Source of the DNA: Dehalococcoidia bacterium
Lineage (GTDB): Bacteria; Chloroflexota; Dehalococcoidia; DSTF01; JALHUB01
Length of the DNA: 64,000 nt
NCBI GenBank assembly: GCA_050010555.1
Contig: JBEKKV010000003.1
Coordinates: forward strand, 16,241 to 80,240
Direction of reading: 5' to 3'
Below the pieces are notes generated by a model. It saw only the letters and a list, made by a program, of their open reading frames with translations, made no database searches and had not been told where the DNA came from. This document shows, one piece after another, positions 50,728-58,246 of this stretch (position 1 is the first letter of the stretch; the number at the start of each line of letters is the position of its first letter). The translations under genes were made by a program, and so were the position numbers.

Positions 50728-50807
50728 CAGGAGAGGGAGCGGAGTCGGTCGCTAAAGGCGGCGGCTAACCGAGGGATAGACCCGCTCCCTATCTCTGTGT
50801 CCGCGAG

Positions 50808-51593
50808 GTGCGCTTGAAGGTCTTAATGGTAGGGGATGCTGTGGGCCGGACCGGCCGCGAGGCGCTGGCAACGCTGTTGCCGGCGCTTCGCCGCGAGCTG
50901 GCGGTGAACGTCGTCATCGCCAACGGCGAGAACGCGGCTGCCGGACGCGGCCTGACACCGAACGTCGCGGAAGAGATGCTCCGCTCGGGCGTTGACGTCA
51001 TCACGACCGGCAATCACGTCTGGGACCAGAAGGAGATCATCCCTTATCTGGACTCGGGCGCGCCGATCCTGCGCCCGCTGAACTACCCTCCCGGCGCTCC
51101 CGGACGCGGCGTTTTGCAACAGGATGGTTTAACGGTCATCAATCTGCAGGGACGCGTGTTCATGGTGGATATCGACGACCCGTTTCGGATCGTCGACCGG
51201 GCGTTGGCAGAGTTGCGCGACGGCGCGGTCGTCATCGTCGACATGCACGCGGAGGCGACGAGCGAGAAGATGGCGATGGGCTGGTACCTGGATGGACGGG
51301 TGAGCGCGGTGCTGGGGACACACACTCACGTGCCGACGGCGGATGCGCGCGTCCTGCCGCGAGGCACCGCCTTCGTTTGCGACGTCGGCATGACGGGCGC
51401 GCGCGACTCTGTGATCGGCGACACCGTCGAAGGCGTGCTACAGCGCTTCCTGACGGCGATGCCGGTGCGGCTGCAGCCGGCCAGCGGGCCGGCCGTCCTC
51501 AACGCCGTCCTCCTGGACATCGATGAGCAAACCGGGCGGGCGCGTAGCATCGTCCGCGTGGACAGGGAAACCGGCGATGACCAGCAAGGCTGA
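50808..51593 (+). CDS. ymdB: YmdB-family metallophosphoesterase (TIGR00282; 2',3'-cNMP phosphodiesterase)
   Basis: 'MRLKVLMVGDAVG', 'ANGENAAAGRGLT' and 'GNHVWD'. Located directly downstream of rny, as in Firmicutes. GTG start. Confidence 0.8.
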   Translation: MRLKVLMVGDAVGRTGREALATLLPALRRELAVNVVIANGENAAAGRGLTPNVAEEMLRSGVDVITTGNHVWDQKEIIPYLDSGAPILRPLNYPPGAPGRGVLQQDGLTVINLQGRVFMVDIDDPFRIVDRALAELRDGAVVIVDMHAEATSEKMAMGWYLDGRVSAVLGTHTHVPTADARVLPRGTAFVCDVGMTGARDSVIGDTVEGVLQRFLTAMPVRLQPASGPAVLNAVLLDIDEQTGRARSIVRVDRETGDDQQG

Positions 51594-52425
51594 CTTCCAC
51601 ACCCACACGAATGCCTCGGACGGCAGACTGACGCCGACGGAGCTGGTGCGCCTGGCCGTGTCGCGCGGGCTGAGCATCCTGGGAGTGACGGACCACGATT
51701 CGACAGAAGGCATTCCGGAGGCGCTGGCGGCCGCATCGCAGCACCCGGGATTCACGCTGGTGCCGGGCGTCGAGATGAGCACGGACATCCCGGGCGACGA
51801 AGTGCACGTCCTCGGCTTCTTCATCGACCCCGAGGACGCCGCGTTTCAGAAGGCGCTGTGTGATCTGCGGATGGCGCGTCGGGACCGCGGGCGAATGATG
51901 GTGGAGAAGCTTCACGCCCTGGGTATCGACATTCCCTGGGAGCGGGTAGAGGCGGCGGCGGGCGGCGGCTCGGTGGGACGGCCGCACGTGGCAGTGGTAC
52001 TGCAGGAGATGGGATACGTGTCGTCGTTCCAAGAGGCCTTCGACCGTTATATCGGCCGAAACGGCCCGGCGTACGCGGAGCGCGTCAAGCTGACGCCGGC
52101 GGAGGCGATCGCGATGCTGGCGAAGGCGGGCACACTGCCGGTGCTGGCTCATCCCGCTAGCCTGTCGAATCTCGACGACCTTCTCGAGGAGCTGAAGGCG
52201 GTGGGCATGGTTGGGATGGAAGTCTATTACCAGGACTACGACCGGAGTACTCTGGCCCGCCTGGCTGCAGCAGCCGAGCGACACGATCTACTGAAGCTGG
52301 GCGGCAGCGACTTCCACGGCATCGGCGGCCCGCGGGAGCGCCTCCCCGGCGACATCCCCCTTCCCGACGAAGCCATCGAAGCTTTCATTTCCGCGGCGCG
52401 CCAGATGACGTCCGGACGAAAGTAG
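51577..52425 (+). CDS. PHP-domain phosphoesterase (TrpH/YciV-like)
   Basis: 'ADFHTHTNASDGRL' and 'GVTDHDS' PHP motifs. Start is Met19 of the listed ORF and overlaps the ymdB 3' end. Confidence 0.7.
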   Translation: MTSKADFHTHTNASDGRLTPTELVRLAVSRGLSILGVTDHDSTEGIPEALAAASQHPGFTLVPGVEMSTDIPGDEVHVLGFFIDPEDAAFQKALCDLRMARRDRGRMMVEKLHALGIDIPWERVEAAAGGGSVGRPHVAVVLQEMGYVSSFQEAFDRYIGRNGPAYAERVKLTPAEAIAMLAKAGTLPVLAHPASLSNLDDLLEELKAVGMVGMEVYYQDYDRSTLARLAAAAERHDLLKLGGSDFHGIGGPRERLPGDIPLPDEAIEAFISAARQMTSGRK

Positions 52426-52428
52426 CCT

Positions 52429-53085
52429 TCAAGGCGCGTAATAGACGTCCACGGGTACCCAATCGAGGTAGTAGCTGCGGCTGCTGCAGCCGCCGCCAGA
52501 GCAGTTACAAGTGAGCCGGACGCGGAAGTTGGCGCTGCTCAGTTCGTCGATGGTCCAGCTATGACCCCACGTATCGGCGGAACCGCCGAGAAGCGCCGTA
52601 TGCTCCGTCGTGCTTTTGACGGAGTCAGAGTAGGGCGCGGTCCACGTGCTGCCGCCGTCCCACGATAGCTCAACGGACATGCTGGTGGCGTCGCTCATCG
52701 AGTCCAGCCACCAGTCCAGGCGCACTTCGATCCCATTTACCGTGCAGCCACCGGGAACACCGACGTTGTAGTCGTAGAAGCGGTGGCGGTCGCCCGGGCC
52801 GTTGACGTTGCTGGCGTAGCCGCCGCCATCCGCATAGGCGTTGGTCGGATTCAGCTCGAAGCCGTCGCCGTTGCCGCCGGTGTCCGCCGCGTTGGCCGAC
52901 GGATCAAGCAAGCCGGTGCTGCTAGACCGGCAGAAGGACGCGGCGCTGGTGAAGGTGTTGCCGGAGTTGTCGGCCTGGTCGGAAGACAAGCCGAGGCCCT
53001 TCCCCGGGGCACCAGCCGTCAGACCGGTGCCCGCAAGGGCGAGCGCCAGAGCGATGAGCATTCCGGGACGGACGAGCATAGGCAT
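52429..53085 (-). CDS. Secreted protein with a SipW-cognate-type signal peptide (TasA/camelysin-like N-terminal region) and a Cys-rich C-terminus
   Basis: Signal peptide 'MLIALALALAGTGLTAGA' followed by 'DNSGNTFTSAASF', which is the NTF[TA][SA] motif conserved after SipW cleavage sites. GAAGGGAAGG RBS. Confidence 0.5.
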   Translation of the reverse strand: MPMLVRPGMLIALALALAGTGLTAGAPGKGLGLSSDQADNSGNTFTSAASFCRSSSTGLLDPSANAADTGGNGDGFELNPTNAYADGGGYASNVNGPGDRHRFYDYNVGVPGGCTVNGIEVRLDWWLDSMSDATSMSVELSWDGGSTWTAPYSDSVKSTTEHTALLGGSADTWGHSWTIDELSSANFRVRLTCNCSGGGCSSRSYYLDWVPVDVYYAP

Positions 53086-53168
53086 CGCCTTCCCTTCACG
53101 CTACGACCCACAGCTCCAGGCAACCGCCCCGGCCATCAGCGTGGAGGCGAACAGGAGCTTCGCCCGGT

Positions 53169-53741
53169 CTAGCATTGAGGCTCCTCGCTGAAGTATGGAC
53201 GCGGCGCGCCCTCCTTCCACGTTTGCCACAGGACGATTCCGGCTAGCAGCACCGCTGGGATGAAGAGGAGGAAGGTACGGCCGACGGGTCCGCGGGCGAA
53301 ATGCACAAGGTAGCCTGCCCAGGGGATGCTGAAGACGATCCGATCGCCGGGGCCATAGAGGGCCACCGGCGGCGAGTCTGGCTCCTTATTGGCGTCGCCG
53401 CGAGTGATGAACTTGCGCGTGCCGTCGCTGGTATCGATTCCAATGACGCGGTGCAGAATTGGGCTGGCGTTGGCGGACCTCTTAATGGCGACGATGTCGC
53501 CAACCTTGATCGCGTCGGGCTGGATCTTTCTGGTGATGCCGATGCTGCCGGTGCGCAAAGCCGAGCCCATGCTGCCGCCGTAGATGACGTAAGCGCGGTA
53601 GCCAAAGAGGGCGAGAATCGAGGGGACGACAAGCAGGACGATGATGGCCAGCGCCGCGACCAGGTACGCCCAGCCGGCAAGGGCGAGGCCCTTGCTCAGC
53701 GGGACAAGTCGTCGGTGCAGGTCAGGGAACCAGCGTGGCAT
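53169..53741 (-). CDS. sipW: Signal peptidase I, SipW/archaeal-eukaryotic (S26B) type
   Basis: N-terminal TM helix. 'VIYGGSMGSAL' box with the catalytic Ser. 'DIVAIKR', 'ILHRVIGI' (catalytic His) and a C-terminal TM. 190 aa. Confidence 0.75.
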   Translation of the reverse strand: MPRWFPDLHRRLVPLSKGLALAGWAYLVAALAIIVLLVVPSILALFGYRAYVIYGGSMGSALRTGSIGITRKIQPDAIKVGDIVAIKRSANASPILHRVIGIDTSDGTRKFITRGDANKEPDSPPVALYGPGDRIVFSIPWAGYLVHFARGPVGRTFLLFIPAVLLAGIVLWQTWKEGAPRPYFSEEPQC

Positions 53742-53772
53742 CCTTACCTCCAGCCCCTTGCCCAGGCCTCTC

Positions 53773-54327
53773 CTACGGGTTGTTCGTCGTCTGCTCCGCT
53801 GCGAACGTGAACGTCGCGGTCGTGGAAGCGCTTTCCGGTCCTACGGCGTTCGACGGGAGCGTCACCTTGAAGCACAGGTCCTCGCTGCTGCTCGCATCCA
53901 GCACTCGGTCGCCGGCGTCGCCGCCTGTCTGCGGGTCGCCGATGGCGCCATCCGCGAGCGATCCGCTGTAGAGTGTTGTGCCGTCGAACGTTGCGCAGTC
54001 GGTGCCCTTCTCCTTGATGACCAGCGTCAGAGCATCGCGAAGGTTCTTGGTGTCGACGTTCGTAGCGACGGTCGTCATCGCATAGCGAAGCTGGAGCGAG
54101 CCGTCGTTAGAGATGGTCAGTTGGTCAGTCACGGTATCGCCGGGCGCCATGTTGCTCATCGTGATGAACGTATCGGCCGGGTTCGTGCTGATCTCTACGC
54201 TGCCGCTGGTGAACGTGTTGCTGCCGTTGTCGACGCTCTGAGTGAAGAGCGAAAGTCCTCCTCCGAGGCTTACGCAGGCGGCGAGCGTGCTGATGACTAT
54301 CATGCTGATGAGAATTCGCTTAATCAT
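53773..54327 (-). CDS. TasA/camelysin (peptidase M73)-family secreted protein with a SipW-cognate signal peptide
   Basis: 'MIKRILISMIVISTLAACVSLGGG' then 'VDNGSNTFTSGSVEI', comparable to TasA 'ATFASGTLDL' and CalY 'NNTFAAGTLDL'. GGAGAGGGGG RBS. First gene of the minus-strand operon. Confidence 0.6.
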   Translation of the reverse strand: MIKRILISMIVISTLAACVSLGGGLSLFTQSVDNGSNTFTSGSVEISTNPADTFITMSNMAPGDTVTDQLTISNDGSLQLRYAMTTVATNVDTKNLRDALTLVIKEKGTDCATFDGTTLYSGSLADGAIGDPQTGGDAGDRVLDASSSEDLCFKVTLPSNAVGPESASTTATFTFAAEQTTNNP

Positions 54328-54645
54328 TGTCGTACGCCCCCTCTCCGGAGGGCTTGGCGGCTTTAGCCTCCCCTACGCCCGAGCCGGAAGCCTTATGTCC
54401 CATCTGCGGCCCCTCCCGGGGCGCCACGTCCGGGCTCACGACCTCCCTGTCGCAAAAGCCGCTCCCTCTCTCGTTTCTTGTCGAATCCTACGTTCTTTCC
54501 GGACTCGACCGATGAGCGTATGCCAATGGACATACGTCTTTCTGTTGGAGTATCGGCTGGGGATAGAGAATGTTAAGGGTGATGTTACTCAATTGTAGTG
54601 CGATAATAGCTAGTGAATCTGGCGACAGAATGGAGGAGGTTGAAC

Positions 54646-55134
54646 GTGCAGTGCGCGACGCATCCGGGCGTAGAGACGGAGCTGGCTTGCAGCCGCTGCG
54701 GCAAGCCGATCTGCCCGCGCTGCCTGGTGCACACAGACGTCGGGGCGCGCTGCCGCGAGTGCGCCCATCTGCGTCGCATCCCAACCTACGACGTGGCACT
54801 GCCCTATCTCTTGCGGGCGATTGGAACGGCAGTGGTCGGCGGCGTTCTCGGCGGAATTCTGTGGTGGCTCCTGCTGCCGCGGCGGGGATCAATCATCTCC
54901 TATTTCGCGCTGTTCTTCGCAATCGGATTAGGGTATGGGATCGGCGAGGGAGTAAGCTGGGCGTCGAACCGGAAGCGGGGCGCCGTGCTGCAGGGGACGG
55001 CGGCGTGCGGCGTCGTCATAGCCTATCTGCTTCGGAACGTACTTCAGGGCTCCGGGCTGCTGGCGGCGAGCGACCTCTTCGGCTACGTCACGGTAGGGCT
55101 GGCGATCGTGGTGGCCATTGGGCGACTTCGCTAG
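54646..55134 (+). CDS. Membrane protein with an N-terminal B-box-like double CxxC zinc finger
   Basis: 'CATHPGVETELACSRCGKPICPRCLVHTDVGARCRECAH' followed by four predicted TM helices. GTG start 7 nt after GGAGG. Confidence 0.45.
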   Translation: MQCATHPGVETELACSRCGKPICPRCLVHTDVGARCRECAHLRRIPTYDVALPYLLRAIGTAVVGGVLGGILWWLLLPRRGSIISYFALFFAIGLGYGIGEGVSWASNRKRGAVLQGTAACGVVIAYLLRNVLQGSGLLAASDLFGYVTVGLAIVVAIGRLR

Positions 55135-55158
55135 GCTTCTGGTCGCCAGAAATGAAAA

Positions 55159-55192
55159 GCCGAGGCTTTCCAGCCTCGGCTGCTTTCTCTTT
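55159..55192. terminator. Bidirectional rho-independent terminator between convergent genes
   Basis: Perfect 9-bp stem GCCGAGGCT-ttcc-AGCCTCGGC, flanked by an A-run upstream and TGCTTTCTCTTT downstream. Confidence 0.55.
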
Positions 55193-55201
55193 CCCAGGGT
55201 T

Positions 55202-55474
55202 CTAGCGGAACACGAGGGAGAGCACGATTATCAGCGTCAGCATGCAGACCATGAAGACAAAGATACGCCGGACTTCGGATCCGACGTAGCTGAAGTCCAT
55301 CATGCCGGGCACGCGACGCGCTGGCGCCGCCAACGTCGTCGTCGACGTCGACTCAGCAACTTTCGTTGCGCTGGAGATAGGGGCGACCCGCGCGCGGGCT
55401 GCCGCAGGCGGCGGAACGATACGCCTTCGTCCTTTTCGTTTGTCTCGAGGCTTGCCGGCGGGCTGTCTGCTCAT
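55202..55474 (-). CDS. Small C-terminally membrane-anchored basic protein (90 aa), hypothetical
   Basis: GGTGGAG RBS before the ATG (Met21 of the listed ORF). Arg/Lys-rich N-terminus and a single C-terminal TM. No homology recognised. Confidence 0.3.
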   Translation of the reverse strand: MSRQPAGKPRDKRKGRRRIVPPPAAARARVAPISSATKVAESTSTTTLAAPARRVPGMMDFSYVGSEVRRIFVFMVCMLTLIIVLSLVFR

Positions 55475-55574
55475 CGTTTCTCCACCTTGATCAACTTCTG
55501 TTGGGATTATACATCGGGGGGAAGCGAGGTTCAATGAAGGCAGCGATTGCGGCCGACGGAATGGACGGATCGAG

Positions 55575-55650
55575 GGTGCGCCCGGCGGGATTCGAACCCA
55601 CGGCCTGTCGCCCGAGGCGACCGCTCTATCCGACCGGAGGGGACCCAGCC
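55575..55650 (-). pseudogene. Degenerate tRNA-like remnant sharing an exact 32-nt 3' end with the adjacent Arg-like tRNA
   Basis: 55575-55606 is identical to 55692-55723, covering the CC discriminator, acceptor 3' strand, T-arm and start of the variable loop. The upstream part keeps a D-loop-like GGATAGAGC, but the anticodon loop is only 5 nt and there is no matching 5' acceptor strand. Confidence 0.4.
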
Positions 55651-55690
55651 GCGCCGGGGCACGGGTCTCTGTCGCTAAGCTATCGGTCGA

Positions 55691-55767
55691 TGGTGCGCCC
55701 GGCGGGATTCGAACCCACGGCCTCAGCCTCCGCAGGGCTGCGCTCTATCCAGCTGAGCTACGAGCGC
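55691..55767 (-). tRNA. tRNA-Arg-like; the anticodon reads GCG, which is atypical
   Basis: Complete cloverleaf with 7-bp acceptor, D-arm GCTC/GAGC, anticodon stem CAGCC/GGCTG with loop CUGCGGA, T-arm GTGGG-TTCGAAT-CCCGC and encoded CCA. The body closely resembles bacterial tRNA-Arg. Confidence 0.7.
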
Positions 55768-55821
55768 CCCAATCAACTTTCGGGCTACGGACGGTCCGGC
55801 CCGGCTAGATTCGCTCTTCAA

Positions 55822-55907
55822 TGGTGCCGAAGGTGGGATTTGAACCCACACGCCCTTACGGACACTACGCCCTGAACGTAGCGCGTCTGCCATTCCGCCA
55901 CTTCGGC
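55822..55907 (-). tRNA. tRNA-Leu (anticodon CAG)
   Basis: 86 nt with a long variable arm. Anticodon stem CTACG/CGTAG with loop UUCAGGG. T-loop TTCAAAT. CCA encoded. Confidence 0.9.
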
Positions 55908-55917
55908 AAGGCCTGCA

Positions 55918-55994
55918 TGGTGGGCGGTACAGGGCTCGAACCTGTGACCTCTTCCGTGTGAAGGAAGCGCTCGTACCAACTGAGCTAACCGCCC
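55918..55994 (-). tRNA. tRNA-Val (anticodon CAC)
   Basis: 77 nt. Acceptor GGGCGGT/ACCGCCC. Anticodon stem CTTCC/GGAAG with loop UUCACAC. T-loop TTCGAGC. CCA encoded. Confidence 0.9.
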
Positions 55995-56095
55995 GCTCCC
56001 GTTCACGATTCTATCCAACGAGGAGAGGGCCTGTCAACCGAAAAACCTCGATGACGAGGTTTGGCCGACGAAGGATCCGATTTGGCCTGCGTCGC

Positions 56096-57310
56096 CTAAG
56101 ACGGGGCCGGCTGCGTCGCCTGGTAGTCGCGCCAGCGCTCCTCCAGGCGCGGGTCCTTCAGCGTCGCGAGAAGGTAATCTGTAAACTCAGAGCCCTTGAC
56201 GCCGGTCGGGCGGCCGGTGACGACCATCTTCTTCTCGAACGTATCGCAGATTTCGAGGGCCATCTCCAGACGGCGGCCGCGGTCGGCGTAACCGATGTGA
56301 TTGAGGAGCATAGCGCCGGCGCGGATGAGCCCGCTGGGGTCGGCGTATTCCACACGCCCCTCTTCGACCATGCGGGGCGCGCTGCCATGAATCGCCTCGA
56401 ACATCGCGTAGTGGCGGCCGATGTTGGCGCTGCCGGCCGTGCCGACGCCACCCTGGAGCTCGGCGGCCTCGTCCGTCAGAATGTCGCCGTAGAGATTGGG
56501 CAGGACGACGACGCGGAAGTGGGAGCGACGCTTGGGGTCGACGAGCTTGGCCGGGATTATGTCAATATACCAGTCGTCCCACTCGATTTCGGGATAATTG
56601 GCGGCGATGCTCCTGGCCGTCTCCAGGAACTTGCCGTCGGTGGTCTTGATGACGTTGGCCTTGGTGACGACGGTGACCCGCTTCTTGTCATGCTTCCGGG
56701 CGTAGTCGAAGGCCATCTCGATGATGCGCTCACTGCCCTGGCTGGTGACCGCCGTGAAGTCGAACGCGAGGTCTTCGGTGACGTGGATGCCGCGGCTACC
56801 CATGACGTACGCGCCTTCGGTGTTCTCGCGGAAGAACGTCCAGTCGATTCCTTGCGCCGGAATCTTGACCGGGCGGACGTTAGCGAAGAGGTCGAGGGCG
56901 CGGCGCATGGCGACGTTGGCGCTCTCGATGTTGGGCCAGGGATCGCCGGCGCGAGGGGTCGTCGTCGGCGCCTTGAGGATGACGTGGCACTGCTTGAGCT
57001 CGTCGAGCACGTCGTCAGGGATGGCCTTGAGCTGGGCCGCGCGGTTCTCGATGGTGAGGCCGTCGATTGTCTTGAAGACGATGTCGCCGCGCTCCACCTC
57101 GGGCGCAAGGATGTACTCGAGGACGCGCTGCGATTCGCGTGAGATGTAGGGTCCAATGCCGTCGCCACCGCAGACGCCGATGACGAGCGGTCGGAGCGAG
57201 GAGTAGTCGGCCCAGCCGTTGTCGGCCTTCATGCGGTCGACGCGCGTCAGTTGCTCTTCGACAAGGGCTCCGAAGTGCTGTTTTGCTCGTTCGACGGCTT
57301 CTCTATCCAT
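56096..57310 (-). CDS. Isocitrate dehydrogenase-family enzyme (IDH/IMDH superfamily; prokaryotic NADP-IDH-like)
   Basis: 'NLYGDILTDEAAELQGGVGTAGSANIG' substrate/metal-binding signature and 'KAPTTTP...ANVAMRRALDLFANVRPV', similar to E. coli-type Icd. 404 aa. Exact specificity not resolved. Confidence 0.65.
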   Translation of the reverse strand: MDREAVERAKQHFGALVEEQLTRVDRMKADNGWADYSSLRPLVIGVCGGDGIGPYISRESQRVLEYILAPEVERGDIVFKTIDGLTIENRAAQLKAIPDDVLDELKQCHVILKAPTTTPRAGDPWPNIESANVAMRRALDLFANVRPVKIPAQGIDWTFFRENTEGAYVMGSRGIHVTEDLAFDFTAVTSQGSERIIEMAFDYARKHDKKRVTVVTKANVIKTTDGKFLETARSIAANYPEIEWDDWYIDIIPAKLVDPKRRSHFRVVVLPNLYGDILTDEAAELQGGVGTAGSANIGRHYAMFEAIHGSAPRMVEEGRVEYADPSGLIRAGAMLLNHIGYADRGRRLEMALEICDTFEKKMVVTGRPTGVKGSEFTDYLLATLKDPRLEERWRDYQATQPAPS

Positions 57311-57317
57311 ATGTCCC

Positions 57318-57572
57318 CTATGCCTGATCCAGCCTAGATTTCAACCACTCCCGGCCTTTGCCGGTCTTGAGAAAGCGCTCCCTAGCGTGCGCTTCGGACT
57401 CGGAGTCGTACGACTCCTGATAGATTACTTCGAAAGGCCTATTGCCGGAAGACCAGGCCCCTCTGTGCCCTCGATTGTGCTCCGCAAGGCGTTCACTTAC
57501 TGATCTAGAAGTAAATCCGACGTAGTGTTTCTCGTTGCGGAGACTTCGCAAGATATAGACAGCAAAAGGCAT
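57318..57572 (-). CDS. GIY-YIG nuclease-superfamily protein (UPF0213/YhbQ-like)
   Basis: 'VYILRSLRNEKHYVGFTSRSVSERLAEHN' GIY-YIG core. 84 aa. GGGAAGG RBS. Confidence 0.8.
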   Translation of the reverse strand: MPFAVYILRSLRNEKHYVGFTSRSVSERLAEHNRGHRGAWSSGNRPFEVIYQESYDSESEAHARERFLKTGKGREWLKSRLDQA

Positions 57573-57684
57573 CGGCCTTCCCGCGGGATTTGAATCCGCC
57601 AGAGGCTGACAGGCTCCCCGACCAAAGGCTGGCGCCAGGTCGCCTTTGGCGACAGGCCCCTGCCCGCCACCGCATCGATACCAC
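57573..57684 (-). other. Structured, inverted-repeat-rich intergenic segment between tRNA-Met and the GIY-YIG gene (tRNA-like fragment or 5'-leader)
   Basis: Contains GTCGCC-nnn-GGCGAC and GCCAG...CTGGC inverted repeats. It also has a T-arm-like GGCGGATTCAAATCCCGC with a UUCAAAU loop, but no complete cloverleaf can be drawn. Confidence 0.25.
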
Positions 57685-57760
57685 TGGTGGCAGCGGAGGG
57701 ATTTGAACCCCCGACCAAGGGCTTATGAGTCCCCTGCTCTACCGACTGAGCTACGCTGCC
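57685..57760 (-). tRNA. tRNA-Met (anticodon CAT); elongator-type G1-C72, could alternatively be tRNA-Ile2 (lysidine)
   Basis: 76 nt. Anticodon loop CUCAUAA. T-arm GGGGG-TTCAAAT-CCCTC. CCA encoded. Confidence 0.85.
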
Positions 57761-57829
57761 AACAAATGTGCTATCGGCGAGTCGATGATAGCAAAGGCCT
57801 TCTGAGGGTGTCAAACCTGGTGGGTCGCG

Positions 57830-58246
57830 TTACGCTGCCGGCGTCACCTCCGAAGTGCAGTATGCGCACCGGCGCGCTTCGGCTGGTATGTCGCTCAGAC
57901 ACTCGGGGCACTTGCGGACGGTCGGGTCCGGCGGCGGCTCTTTTCGCGAGCGCGCCAGATAAGCGTTCAGCGGCACGACGATCAGGAAGAAGACCACCGC
58001 GCCTATCATCACGAAGGTGATCGTTTTGTTGATGAAGTCGCCGTAGCGGAAGGTGCTGTTGTGGACCGTGAAGGCCAGGACGGAGAAGTCCTGCTGGCCA
58101 CCGATGGCCGCGATCAGCGGCGTCACGAAGTCCTGGACCAACGCCGTGACCACCGCGCCGAACGCTGCGCCGACCACAACCGCTATGGCAAGATCGACTA
58201 CGTTGCCCCTGAGCAAGAACGCCTTGAAGTCGTTGATGAGTTTCAT
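57830..58246 (-). CDS. mscL: Large-conductance mechanosensitive channel MscL with a C-terminal CxxC...CxxC tail
   Basis: 'MKLINDFKAFLLRGNVVDLAIAVVVGAAFGAVV' TM1 signature. Start is Met52 of the listed ORF with AAGGAGGG RBS. The C-terminus is 'CPECLSDIPAEARRCAYC'. Confidence 0.85.
   Translation of the reverse strand: MKLINDFKAFLLRGNVVDLAIAVVVGAAFGAVVTALVQDFVTPLIAAIGGQQDFSVLAFTVHNSTFRYGDFINKTITFVMIGAVVFFLIVVPLNAYLARSRKEPPPDPTVRKCPECLSDIPAEARRCAYCTSEVTPAA

Noticed and set aside
57573-57684. Plus-strand tRNA, or tRNA-Sec on the minus strand, in this segment
   Set aside because: The plus-strand T-loop would be TTTGAAT, with no C56. On the minus strand a UUCAAAU loop containing UCA is present, but the acceptor, D and anticodon stems cannot be paired into an 8/5 or 7/5 cloverleaf. 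It is retained only as a low-confidence structured element.
57318-57760. GIY-YIG gene next to tRNA-Met as a homing endonuclease or group I intron
   Set aside because: At 84 aa it is the standalone UPF0213/YhbQ-type GIY-YIG. The adjacent tRNA-Met is uninterrupted and no intron structure is present.
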